Virus record (IMG/VR): IMGVR_UViG_3300044627_004988
From: an uncultured virus (IMG/VR IMGVR_UViG_3300044627_004988)
Lineage: Duplodnaviria; Heunggongvirae; Uroviricota; Caudoviricetes
Length of the DNA stretch: 64,000 nucleotides
Reading direction: 5' to 3' (one strand)
Shown here: one piece after another, positions 8,652 through 17,968 of the stretch
Layout: each line of letters starts with the position of its first letter
How positions within the stretch are numbered: the stretch's first letter is position 1
Translations under genes and position numbers: made by a program
The notes under the pieces: model-generated
The model's input: the letters and a program-made list of their open reading frames with translations, nothing else
The model's database searches: none
Told to the model about the DNA's origin: nothing

Positions 8652-9341
8652 ATGTCTTCTCAAGTTATATTACCTTTAAGTAAATTTAATAAAAAACATA
8701 TTGACACAATAGTAAATCATAATCAACTTGTAAAGATTAATCAATCTACTTTTGATTCTTTAAAGTTAAATGATTTTGATTCTCTTAAGTCAATATATTT
8801 ATCGCCAAATATACAACAAAATAATATTACTGTAGGTTATTATTTCAGCGATGAACTACGTCAATATTTTCAACAAGTTATCACTGATAATACAACTACT
8901 AAAAATAACTTACCAGTTTTATCAACAGATTTAACTAGAACTTACATTTATCCTTTTTCTGCTGATGAATATAAAGCTCAACATCTTGCTGGATATTCTC
9001 CATATGAACAAGATTTTTTATTTAATATCTTTTTGAATAAAGATGATCTTCCTATATTTAATAGGATAATAGACTGTAATTCTTATCTGATAATCATGGC
9101 TATTCCTTTAACTGTTGAAGAACATAAAATATTTTCCTATCAGTGGAAATCTGTTTATTCTATTAATGCAATACTCCCTAATCTTGCGACTATTGAAAAA
9201 GTTTATAAGTCTTATATAAAAGAATTAGATTATTATTATGGACAAAATGAACAACTTTTAGAAGAAAACAACAATTTGAAACAACAACTTAACTTTTTAA
9301 CTGAAGAGCTTATTAAGAGCAATAAAGTTACTTGGAATTAA
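8652..9341 (+). CDS. Hypothetical protein with C-terminal coiled coil
   Basis: 229-aa ORF, AGGA SD. Confidence 0.65.
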   Translation: MSSQVILPLSKFNKKHIDTIVNHNQLVKINQSTFDSLKLNDFDSLKSIYLSPNIQQNNITVGYYFSDELRQYFQQVITDNTTTKNNLPVLSTDLTRTYIYPFSADEYKAQHLAGYSPYEQDFLFNIFLNKDDLPIFNRIIDCNSYLIIMAIPLTVEEHKIFSYQWKSVYSINAILPNLATIEKVYKSYIKELDYYYGQNEQLLEENNNLKQQLNFLTEELIKSNKVTWN

Positions 9342-9368
9342 AAATTACAACTATTTAAGGACTATTAT

Positions 9369-10280
9369 ATGGATAACAAAATTTCTCTTGATGATTCAAC
9401 TCAATTTATTCAAAGAGACCGGGTTTTTAACATTTGCGATTACAAACAAGCAAATAAAAAGAATGGTTCTAATATAGATATCCCTTCTGGGTATTCTTAT
9501 ATTTATTATCATTCCCGTGAAAGCGAAGCTATTGATGTCTTTTATAATAATGAAAATTTGAATCAGGATTATTCTTATCAAATTTCTTCAATAAAAGAAG
9601 ATAATTTTTCTACAATCATGAAAGATATCGTCCAGCATTACGAAAAGGCATCCCCTAATTCTTTAACTGCTGAGCAAAAGCAGCGGATTCCTTTTACTTT
9701 AAGCGTTTTGAATTTCTTGTATAATGAATACACTAATCAGTATGTTTACATTATAGACACTAATTTAATAGCTAGTTTTTCTAAAAAAGTTGCTGTTTAT
9801 TCTGTTTGTAAGTCTTTTAGCAATCCTCAAAATAAGCAATATTCTGATACTTATCAATACGCTAACGACACCTACGCTAACAATTGTTCTAATAAAAATG
9901 TTGTTAAATTGAGCGTTACTGCTGTCGTTCCTTGCGTTTTTGCTAACCAAACACAATGTAATTTTTACGAAAAAAATCTTACAGTATTAAAAACTGAATT
10001 AATAATTGACAAAATAAACCAAACAGATTCTATATTGTACACTCTTCAAAAAGAGTACTTTTCAGATAGATCTTTAGTTTATACTATAAAATCAGAACAC
10101 TCTACTGCTTTGGTGTTTACCCACGATTCTGTATCAACATCAGATTTTGAGCTGTACGATCAAGAAGCAATAATTGTATTTGATAATTTTATATCAGAAA
10201 CTGCAAATGCTATTCTTGAATCTTCTCATCTTGCTAATGCTACCGAAACAAAAAATAGCTATTTGATGAGCTTAATTTAA
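9369..10280 (+). CDS. Hypothetical protein
   Basis: 303-aa ORF, AAGGA SD. Confidence 0.65.
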   Translation: MDNKISLDDSTQFIQRDRVFNICDYKQANKKNGSNIDIPSGYSYIYYHSRESEAIDVFYNNENLNQDYSYQISSIKEDNFSTIMKDIVQHYEKASPNSLTAEQKQRIPFTLSVLNFLYNEYTNQYVYIIDTNLIASFSKKVAVYSVCKSFSNPQNKQYSDTYQYANDTYANNCSNKNVVKLSVTAVVPCVFANQTQCNFYEKNLTVLKTELIIDKINQTDSILYTLQKEYFSDRSLVYTIKSEHSTALVFTHDSVSTSDFELYDQEAIIVFDNFISETANAILESSHLANATETKNSYLMSLI

Positions 10281-10294
10281 GGAGCTTTATTAAA

Positions 10295-11521
10295 ATGAAC
10301 AATAAGATTTATCCAAAAATTCCAGTTAACTTTTATCCTGAAAAAGAAACTAACGAAGAAAACCCTGCTTATGTGAATTCTACTTTGTTGATTAAAAACA
10401 AAGAAGTTCATTTACTAAAAGTTCTTAGCTTTTACAGTAAATCTTCTGACCAACCTCTTGAATTTGAATATGCTAAGTACGCGCTTGCTGATTTCTTTGA
10501 AACTGTTCAACAATCTGAATCTATACAAAAGTCATTAAATAACAATGACCGGTCAGTTCTAAAGAAAATATTTCCAACAGCTACCAGATTTATTACAGAA
10601 GATGGTTCTGTTCTTATAGAGCGTCCTCCTTTTCGCCACACTATAGATTTTACACCTGTAAAAGCTTCTAAAGTTAACAGAAAATCATCTAAAAAGATTG
10701 AGCCTATTACTGTTTGGGTTCCTTGGACTGTTTATAAAATGAACATTAATAAACAAGGCCATTTTAATATAACAATTCATTTTAATGATTCTTCTATATC
10801 TTCATTAAATGATCATATCTTTCCTTCTCTTTTCCCAAATGTTTTTAGCGGTGGACTAATATGTTTTGGAAGTGAGTCTTCATACAATAGTGAGTTTGTT
10901 CAAAACGCTATTAAAGACGACACTTATTCTTACAAAGAATTATTTAATTATTTAATTTCCAATTATTACAATGGTGGCTGGAATACTGACATATTGCCAA
11001 GTAGTTCTGACATTCCTATGTTTATGATGTTTCAATCTTATGACCGCATTAAAGCCTTGAATGATCCTAAAGCTTTAGAAATATATTCTAACGCTATGGC
11101 AAAGTGTACCCCAGTCAAGCACAAAGATAGCTATATTGCAATGTATCTTAACGCTTTAAATATATGGTCTGTTTACTCATTAGAAGATCTTCTTTATTTA
11201 TACAAGCATTGTGTTGATGCTCACTCTTTGCGACAAATGGTTTCTTTATCTTCTTTAGTCACTGTCGATATTAACCCACGTGCTTTCCGTTACAACTCAA
11301 CCGACCTAGACGAGCATTTGCGCAAAATGATGGTAAAGCCCAACTACCATGCTTACAAACAAGGCGTTACAATTTTGCGTTATGACAGAGACCCAATAAC
11401 TGGTGAACAGTATCCTTCTTGTGGCAATATACTTCAAGAAAATATGTATAAAATGTTAGATAATATAATCACGCATGAAGATTCTAAAAAATCATCTGCT
11501 ACTTTTGAGGAAAAATTATGA
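10295..11521 (+). CDS. Second E2-like (family D-like) protein
   Basis: ERPP...VWVPWTVY...LFPNVFSGGLICFG (C190)...GWNTD. Confidence 0.7.
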   Translation: MNNKIYPKIPVNFYPEKETNEENPAYVNSTLLIKNKEVHLLKVLSFYSKSSDQPLEFEYAKYALADFFETVQQSESIQKSLNNNDRSVLKKIFPTATRFITEDGSVLIERPPFRHTIDFTPVKASKVNRKSSKKIEPITVWVPWTVYKMNINKQGHFNITIHFNDSSISSLNDHIFPSLFPNVFSGGLICFGSESSYNSEFVQNAIKDDTYSYKELFNYLISNYYNGGWNTDILPSSSDIPMFMMFQSYDRIKALNDPKALEIYSNAMAKCTPVKHKDSYIAMYLNALNIWSVYSLEDLLYLYKHCVDAHSLRQMVSLSSLVTVDINPRAFRYNSTDLDEHLRKMMVKPNYHAYKQGVTILRYDRDPITGEQYPSCGNILQENMYKMLDNIITHEDSKKSSATFEEKL

Positions 11522-12777
11522 CAAACAGTGCTTTTGAAATTATGGCAACTTGCTTTTCTGGTAATAGTTATTTTGAATATAATCAAGAACAACGAAACCA
11601 AATTTTTAATACTTTTGTAGGAAACATGGGTCGTTCTAATTCTTTGGATTGCATTAGCTTTGCTCAGAATTCTATTTACGGACACGCTCAAACTGAAACA
11701 TTATATTTTGAATCTAGCGAAAACAAAAAGATAATAAATAGTATTATTGGAGTTGAATCATACAACTCTAGTGGCCTTATCCCTCCTGGTTTAGTTTCTT
11801 TGGGAAAAAATATTGTAATCTTTGAGAATCCTCCAACTAGTAAATTGATTAGCCACCATCCAACTGACCGTGATTCTATAAGCGATGATGATGAACCTGA
11901 CAGCTACTATATCCCTGTGCCTTGGCAAGTATATGTTTGTGTATTTAATAACGAATATAATTTATTAGATACTTATATGTTTTATACCCGCGATGCCATT
12001 TCTAAAACAGGTTTTGATCAACAAGTTTATGCTCCTGTTCTTCCTAACTTCTTTGGCAATGGTCAATTGTGTAGGCCTTTCTATCCTACCCTTGATGATG
12101 TCGATAGGTATTCAAAAGATATTTCTGGGGTAATAGCTTCGGCATATGACTCTATTTGGAATAGCGGTTGGAACTTAGATTTATACGAAACTTTAAACGA
12201 ATACTTTATTCTATTTAAAGACACTCGTTTAATAAATACTGATACTGGAATTACAGATTCTTTTAAAAGAAATTTAAATCCTATTCTTAAAAATTCTTTA
12301 GAACTTTTTGAATCTGAACAACAGCAATCTGTTTATGTAGATATCCATCAACAAACAAAAACTTTATTTGCAACTCGAGCTAGAAATAACCTTTTGGATA
12401 CTTATTGCTCTGTAGTTAAAGACCTTACGCTTAATCAAATTTGTTTAGCTCCTTTTCCATCTCCTTCTTTTGAAAGATATGCAGACAGTGATTCTTTAGA
12501 CCGTGATGAGTTGCACGAAGAATACATGAATTCTTGCGATGAAGACGAGTATTCAGACCAAGGTTGGGAAGAGTATTATTACGAACACAGAAATGCTATG
12601 CGTTTTTCTAATAAGCCTTTTGAAGCAGTGCTCAATAAACTTTTGAGTAATCTTGATGGGATACTAGGTAGGCAACGAATAGACAATATGCAGACTATGG
12701 TTAAAGAAATTAACAATCAAGATATGCATCGTGTAGAAAATGTTCCTGTATCTCAAGTTTCTCAAGATCCTTTTTAA
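11518..12777 (+). CDS. Third E2-like (family D-like) protein
   Basis: ENPP...IPVPWQVY...VLPNFFGNGQLCRP (C185)...WNSGWNLD; ATGA overlap with paralog. Confidence 0.7.
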   Translation: MTNSAFEIMATCFSGNSYFEYNQEQRNQIFNTFVGNMGRSNSLDCISFAQNSIYGHAQTETLYFESSENKKIINSIIGVESYNSSGLIPPGLVSLGKNIVIFENPPTSKLISHHPTDRDSISDDDEPDSYYIPVPWQVYVCVFNNEYNLLDTYMFYTRDAISKTGFDQQVYAPVLPNFFGNGQLCRPFYPTLDDVDRYSKDISGVIASAYDSIWNSGWNLDLYETLNEYFILFKDTRLINTDTGITDSFKRNLNPILKNSLELFESEQQQSVYVDIHQQTKTLFATRARNNLLDTYCSVVKDLTLNQICLAPFPSPSFERYADSDSLDRDELHEEYMNSCDEDEYSDQGWEEYYYEHRNAMRFSNKPFEAVLNKLLSNLDGILGRQRIDNMQTMVKEINNQDMHRVENVPVSQVSQDPF

Positions 12778-12779
12778 AC

Positions 12780-12808
12780 TTGATTTTACTATCTTTTTAT
12801 GATACTAT
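12780..12808 (+). promoter_or_regulatory. Sigma70/SigA-type promoter
   Basis: TTGATT-17 nt-TACTAT with extended TG. Confidence 0.55.
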
Positions 12809-12843
12809 ATATACTTAGATAAAGTTATCAAAAGGTACTTAAA

Positions 12844-13152
12844 ATGGCAAAGTTTAATAAAATTAATAAACACCCTTCTTTTTCAAGGTTAGACGTATCT
12901 AATATTTTAAATGTTTCTACTTTAACAATTGCTAACAGGGAAAAAAATAAAAAATACCCTCCATCTAAAAGAGATTTAAATAATTATAGAATTTACTCTT
13001 TGAATGATGTTTTCAATTTACAGCTGATAACATATAATCACATAGATCCAAAACCAATAATATCAATTCTTTACGATAAAGGATATAAAGATCCTAAGAT
13101 TGTATCTGAAATGATAGACCAAGTCTTATCGAGAAGGAATTCTAATGCCTGA
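12844..13152 (+). CDS. MerR-type HTH DNA-binding protein
   Basis: FSRLDVSNILNVSTLTIANRE...R..NNYRIYSLNDV. Confidence 0.7.
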   Translation: MAKFNKINKHPSFSRLDVSNILNVSTLTIANREKNKKYPPSKRDLNNYRIYSLNDVFNLQLITYNHIDPKPIISILYDKGYKDPKIVSEMIDQVLSRRNSNA

Positions 13153-13393
13153 CCAAAACAATCAATATGATGACAGCAACTATGCTGATCTAGTAGACCC
13201 AATAAATGAATACGTTCATACGGATTCAGTTACTGATTTAAAGTCAGGTATCTTTAATTTGTTTAATAATTTATTTCAAACCTTATCTGTTACTAACGGT
13301 CCAGTAAAAGCTTTAGAAATATCTTTGCGATACCTTCAAGATATAATAGATCATTTTCAAACCGTTTTAACGGAAAATGATAATAATAAATAA
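13145..13393 (+). CDS. Hypothetical protein
   Basis: 82-aa ORF overlapping previous stop. Confidence 0.6.
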   Translation: MPDQNNQYDDSNYADLVDPINEYVHTDSVTDLKSGIFNLFNNLFQTLSVTNGPVKALEISLRYLQDIIDHFQTVLTENDNNK

Positions 13394-13424
13394 TAACATA
13401 CCAAACTAACAGGAGACAAATAAA

Positions 13425-13841
13425 ATGATAGATCCAAGAAACGTAGTTTCAATCACAGCTGGTGTCGTAGCTGACCCAGAACTAATCAACGATAAAATAG
13501 CAAAGCTTCGCGTAGCAATAGATTATGCTGGCTCAGAAAAAGGTGCTAGCGCTAGCTCTGGCTATTTTGACATAGTTTACTACCTCAAAGATGGAGACAA
13601 CTTTAGTTCAAAGAATGCTAAGTTTGTTCACACTCAAATAGTAGACAAGAAGATGAAGAAGGGTTCACAAATCCAGCTTATTGGCCGTTTGGTCCAAGAA
13701 CGTTGGCAGCAAGAAGATGTCAATCGTTCACGCGTTGTCATCGTTGCAGAATCAGTATCTTATGTAGGTTCAGCTGCCCCTAAAACAGCAGAAAAATCAG
13801 ATTCTTCTGCAGAATCAAAGTTCATCCCTGATTCGTTTTAA
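13425..13841 (+). CDS. ssb: Single-stranded DNA-binding protein
   Basis: GVVADPEL, KKGSQIQLIGRLVQERW, RSRVVIVAE; tail ending PDSF. Confidence 0.85.
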   Translation: MIDPRNVVSITAGVVADPELINDKIAKLRVAIDYAGSEKGASASSGYFDIVYYLKDGDNFSSKNAKFVHTQIVDKKMKKGSQIQLIGRLVQERWQQEDVNRSRVVIVAESVSYVGSAAPKTAEKSDSSAESKFIPDSF

Positions 13842-13871
13842 CGAACTCTATAGTGTAAACTAAGCACTATT

Positions 13872-14615
13872 ATGAACGTTGAAGATTATTCCGAACAAGA
13901 AATAACGGATTTAATCGCATCTGCTTTATCACTTGACGGGAGTAATAAACTATTCCCGTCAAGTGGAATGCATTTGGGGTTTGCTGAAAGTTCTTTGTTT
14001 GAACTTTTGGCTAACAAGCTAGAGAACAAGTTTGCTCACTCTGAGTTAAATTCTTTTTTGCAAGAGCTACGAGATGATTTGCTTTCTAACAAAGTTCCTT
14101 ATGATATTAAGAATTTACATACTCAAGTAATTAATTGCAGAAAATGTAAAAACTTTACCCCTAATCCAGTTCTTCCTATGTGGAACAATCAAAATCCAGA
14201 TATAGTATTTGTATTAGATTACCCTATCTACAACAAAGAAGTTGCCGAGTTCTTTTTAGATACTTTAAAGTCTTCTAATTTTTCTTCGGAAAAGATTTGC
14301 TTAACCTATGTTAATAGGTGTTCTTATCCTAAAAGAAAATTTGAGAGTCAAGAAATATTTAATTGCTCACCGTATTTACATACTGAAATTCAATTGCTAA
14401 ATCCAAAAGCTATAGTTTGCCTTGGGTCAGTTGCTGCTTCAGCTGTATTTGGTTTAGAAGTTACAATTAAAGATTATAGATCAAAACCTAATTGGCTTGG
14501 TTCTTGGCCAATTTTTGTTACCTATTCACCACTGCATATATCAAAATCAAGCTCTCATTTAGAAGACAGCTTTGCATCTGATATGATGTATGTTCATGAT
14601 TATATTTATAAATAG
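13872..14615 (+). CDS. Uracil-DNA glycosylase family 4-like protein with altered catalytic motifs
   Basis: CRKC, VNRC..P, C.PYL..EI.LL.PK.IV.LG; LDYP and TYSP where GEAPG and HP are expected. Confidence 0.75.
   Translation: MNVEDYSEQEITDLIASALSLDGSNKLFPSSGMHLGFAESSLFELLANKLENKFAHSELNSFLQELRDDLLSNKVPYDIKNLHTQVINCRKCKNFTPNPVLPMWNNQNPDIVFVLDYPIYNKEVAEFFLDTLKSSNFSSEKICLTYVNRCSYPKRKFESQEIFNCSPYLHTEIQLLNPKAIVCLGSVAASAVFGLEVTIKDYRSKPNWLGSWPIFVTYSPLHISKSSSHLEDSFASDMMYVHDYIYK
13930..13965. repeat. 12-bp perfect inverted repeat inside the 5' part of the UDG-like gene
   Basis: CACTTGACGGGA ... TCCCGTCAAGTG. Confidence 0.7.
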
Positions 14616-14626
14616 AAAAGGACATT

Positions 14627-15016
14627 ATGTCTAACGAAAACTACATTCAACAAATTAATGAAAATGATCCTAACTTTGAAGCTTTTAAGCAGATTGTTTT
14701 AAAAGACGTTAGAAATGAATCTTCCGAAGAGGAAAAACAGTATCTATCAGAAAACTTAGACATTTGGTTATACTTTTTGCAAATCACAAAAAAAGATGTT
14801 GAATTTCAACTTGCTTCTCAAAAAGCAAAAGATAAGATTTCTTTTAAAGAAATTAAATTACACAATCCTGAAGAGTCTGTTATAATAGGACTCATGCAAA
14901 AACAAGATAAGTGGAGAATGGGTGCTTTAAGATTCCTCACTGCTATAGAAAAAAAGATGCTGTTTGTAAAAATGCAGCTCAAGAATATACAACTTTTTCA
15001 AAGTGGAGCTGAATAA
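14627..15016 (+). CDS. Hypothetical protein
   Basis: 129-aa ORF, AAGGA SD. Confidence 0.65.
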   Translation: MSNENYIQQINENDPNFEAFKQIVLKDVRNESSEEEKQYLSENLDIWLYFLQITKKDVEFQLASQKAKDKISFKEIKLHNPEESVIIGLMQKQDKWRMGALRFLTAIEKKMLFVKMQLKNIQLFQSGAE

Positions 15017-15021
15017 AGCAA

Positions 15022-15516
15022 ATGTTTGGGTGTACTTCTAAATCAATAACTGCTTTAAAAACTGAATGGAACGAAGAAAAATCTTATTCTTTTTTAAACT
15101 TTTTTATCACTTATCAAAACTGGTGCACTTACTCTACTAAAAAACTTTCTCATTCTGAAGTTCTTGTTCTATCTGACTTGTTTTGTTTGTCTCATGGTAA
15201 GGTAGCCCCAAAACAAGATTCTGAACTTTCTTTTTGGTCAGTTCATCCTATGAATATATTTAGATTTAAACTGTTAGATAACTTAGATTTTTCTGTTCTA
15301 AATTATCCAGACCCAGCTTATGACAAGCCCGGCTATATTGTAGAAGGCTGTTATTGGGTTAATGGTTTTATGTATCAAGTTTTAGAAGAAGACTCTAAAA
15401 ACATCCTAGAATTAAATTTACTAATTGACAAACCGACTCAACAGATATATGATTACCCTAATACCTTTATTTTAATCAACGATTTAATCAACGAATATAT
15501 TACACTGCCTTCGTAG
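15022..15516 (+). CDS. Hypothetical protein; stop codon lies inside the tRNA gene
   Basis: 164-aa ORF, GGAG SD. Confidence 0.6.
   Translation: MFGCTSKSITALKTEWNEEKSYSFLNFFITYQNWCTYSTKKLSHSEVLVLSDLFCLSHGKVAPKQDSELSFWSVHPMNIFRFKLLDNLDFSVLNYPDPAYDKPGYIVEGCYWVNGFMYQVLEEDSKNILELNLLIDKPTQQIYDYPNTFILINDLINEYITLPS
15425..15453 (+). promoter_or_regulatory. Near-consensus sigma70 promoter upstream of tRNA-Arg
   Basis: TTGACA-17 nt-TATGAT. Confidence 0.65.
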
Positions 15517-15580
15517 CTCAGTTGGATAGAGCAACGGACTTCTAATCCGCAGGTCGTATGTTCGAATCATACCGAAGGCG
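15507..15580 (+). tRNA. tRNA-Arg(UCU), CCA not encoded
   Basis: Acceptor GCCTTCG/CGAAGGC, D arm GCTC/GAGC, anticodon loop CT-TCT-AA, T loop TTCGAAT. Confidence 0.92.
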
Positions 15581-15582
15581 CT

Positions 15583-15747
15583 ATGAACATAGAAAACATA
15601 GAAAATCCAGAAGAAATTCCAGAAACACCAGAACAAACATTTACAGAACGCCTAGAAGAATCTCTAGACTTTGTAGTAAATATGATGAATTCTGGGCAGC
15701 TAAATCCCGAAGATGTTTACCCTCCCGGTAGATACTCTGGGGATTAA
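15583..15747 (+). CDS. Small acidic hypothetical protein (54 aa)
   Basis: ATG 15583 to TAA 15747, followed by terminator. Confidence 0.45.
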   Translation: MNIENIENPEEIPETPEQTFTERLEESLDFVVNMMNSGQLNPEDVYPPGRYSGD

Positions 15748-15772
15748 TTGCTAGATTTTGTTTTAACAAGTT

Positions 15773-15834
15773 TGTCACAAGGGACCAGGTCTTTTTCGGG
15801 ACTCCTTTCAACTGGTCTCTTGTGACATTTTTTT
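15773..15834 (+). terminator. Intrinsic terminator
   Basis: TGTCACAAGGGACCAG / CTGGTCTCTTGTGACA stem followed by T7. Confidence 0.75.
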
Positions 15835-15990
15835 ATAGAAAGATATTATGGAAAACTCAATAGATCATTTTATATTAATCTTTCTATCGTGCTATATTTT
15901 GCTGATAGACAAAACGCCAGTTGCTTACGCAATTGGTTTGCTCGCATTACGTAGCACTTACATATTGTATCAAGACAGAAAGAAGCAGAA

Positions 15991-16314
15991 GTGAAAGATA
16001 AAATTACAAAAGACAATACAATTACTTATACCTCAGTTGACGCTAGTTCTTTTATCACGCATGCTACCTATAGCGTCAAAGATTCCATTTTAATAGTTAA
16101 CTTTAAATCTAATTCTGCTTGGGCTTATGACAAAGTCCCACAATTAGAGTTTGTAAAAATGGTTGCTGCTAAGTCTGTTGGTTCTTATTTTAATAAGAAT
16201 ATAAGAAACAAATACCATGGTGTCCAATTACTTGCTTCTACAGATGATGGTTTGGTTGTTAAGTCCGACGCGCACTCTGACTTATTGAAACTTAAAGAAA
16301 TTAAAGCAACATGA
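15991..16314 (+). CDS. KTSC-domain protein
   Basis: SSFI...Y......L.V.F.....Y..VP......A.SVGSYFNKNIRNKY. Confidence 0.85.
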   Translation: MKDKITKDNTITYTSVDASSFITHATYSVKDSILIVNFKSNSAWAYDKVPQLEFVKMVAAKSVGSYFNKNIRNKYHGVQLLASTDDGLVVKSDAHSDLLKLKEIKAT

Positions 16315-16471
16315 GTAAAAAGAAAAATAAAAAGAATCGATATAACAACAATTACAACTACTACAGTGCCCCTAAAAAAAACACTAGCTTTTCTACTTCT
16401 ACAGCTAAAGAAGTTAACGATCTTGCTTTAAATGTTTTTGGCTCATTACAAATTTCAGCTAAGGAGATATC

Positions 16472-17002
16472 ATGAACGATGATGTTGATATTGACATTAT
16501 AAAATTAATTGACAAAGAAATAGCAAAACTATCTTTAACAGATAAGTACTGTTACGCACTCGGCGCTGATTTGAACAAGCTAGAAGGTGAAATTCAATCT
16601 ATCGAATTATATGAGATAGAAAAAAGTGAAGATGTTTATGGTCTTCTAGAAGGTGCTAAGCTAAGAACTTCTACTGAATTTTACGATGTTATTATTGTCA
16701 TCACTTCTGGTTGGGCTGCTCCAATAGAAGACGATTCTCTTAGCGAAGACAATGTGCCTCCAAGCAAGCATCCTGGTAGAAGACGAGTTGAGCTTCATAT
16801 AGCTTTAGACAAAAATTCTTCTATGGCTTGTTCTATCCTTTTTATGGAAGAAGGCAAAGTGGTTAACACTGAGTACGATACTACCGGCACCGGACCTTTA
16901 GCCGATGCGGTTAGAAGTATTCACCCCAATAATTTAAAATCTGATAAAACTTTACTTACCAAAGGGACTGATAAAATTGTTGACTTTAAAGACCCTTTTT
17001 AA
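16472..17002 (+). CDS. Hypothetical protein
   Basis: 176-aa ORF, AAGGAG SD; GWAAP and PSKHPGRRRV motifs. Confidence 0.7.
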   Translation: MNDDVDIDIIKLIDKEIAKLSLTDKYCYALGADLNKLEGEIQSIELYEIEKSEDVYGLLEGAKLRTSTEFYDVIIVITSGWAAPIEDDSLSEDNVPPSKHPGRRRVELHIALDKNSSMACSILFMEEGKVVNTEYDTTGTGPLADAVRSIHPNNLKSDKTLLTKGTDKIVDFKDPF

Positions 17003-17216
17003 AAAAAAGAATAAAGTTATAAAAGATGAAAAAAAGCCTGACGTATACTTTGTTCAATACGCTAGATATGGAGCTCCTAACGTCCAGTGGGGACCCTTTT
17101 ACGACCTTCAGGACGCTATAGCATGGTGCTCGTATAACCTAGTAGTTCACGGTATTAACGCAGATATTCTTTTTGCTAAACATCCTGAATCCGACCCAAA
17201 GTATTGGTTTATTTAA
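16977..17216 (+). CDS. Hypothetical protein
   Basis: 79-aa ORF in tight packing. Confidence 0.45.
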   Translation: MLTLKTLFKKKNKVIKDEKKPDVYFVQYARYGAPNVQWGPFYDLQDAIAWCSYNLVVHGINADILFAKHPESDPKYWFI

Positions 17217-17248
17217 TATTCTAAAACTTACCTTTTCTAGCTCTAATC

Positions 17249-17257
17249 TGTTATAAT
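17249..17257 (+). promoter_or_regulatory. Extended -10 promoter for protease gene
   Basis: TGTTATAAT. Confidence 0.55.
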
Positions 17258-17283
17258 ATTTCTTGGTTCTAAGGAGAAATGTT

Positions 17284-17898
17284 ATGACAACCATAGTTGC
17301 AATACAAGGTGACAGTTTTGCTGTAGTAGCAGTTGATTCTAGAATTTCAGCCATGGAATCAGACGGCTTTGCTACGATATCTACTTTAGGGGAAAACAGC
17401 GGTAAAGTAGCTGTAAATGGTAAATACCTTTTAGGTGCAGCTGGGGATGTAAGAGCTATAAATATTTTACATCATGCTTTTATTCCTCCTACTCCTCCTT
17501 CTGGATTAAAGGGTAAAAAGTTAGACCAATTTTTTACTGTTAAATTTATTCCTGCTTTGCGCGATTGCTTTGAAAAGCAAGGATATGCTTCTCCTGACAA
17601 TAATGAAGACAAGCAGCACATTGCAGAACAGGCTTCTACTATTTTAGCTGTTGTATCTGGCACTGTTTACGTAGTCGATTCAGACTATGCTTGGTCTTCT
17701 GATAGCAACGGAATATATGCTTTGGGTTCCGGCAGTGCTTATGCCCTTGGTGCACTTACTGCCTTAACTGCAGGGAAGAAAATACAAACAGTTTCACAAG
17801 CTAAGTCTTTGGCTTTGAAAGCTTTGGCTGTGTCTGCTAAATTTGATCCTTACACTGGCCCTCCATTTAGGACTCATGTTCAAGATTTTTCTAAGTAA
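17284..17898 (+). CDS. Proteasome beta-subunit / HslV-like Ntn-hydrolase (Thr1)
   Basis: ATG 17284 after AAGGAG gives M-TTIVA; DSR, GKV (Lys33-like), GAAGD, ALGSGS.YALGAL, DPYTG. Confidence 0.88.
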   Translation: MTTIVAIQGDSFAVVAVDSRISAMESDGFATISTLGENSGKVAVNGKYLLGAAGDVRAINILHHAFIPPTPPSGLKGKKLDQFFTVKFIPALRDCFEKQGYASPDNNEDKQHIAEQASTILAVVSGTVYVVDSDYAWSSDSNGIYALGSGSAYALGALTALTAGKKIQTVSQAKSLALKALAVSAKFDPYTGPPFRTHVQDFSK

Positions 17899-17968
17899 TC
17901 TTTATTTAGACTAAAAAAAATTTTAAAGCTATCAGATAATTTTTATTAACCACAAAATTTGGAGAACA

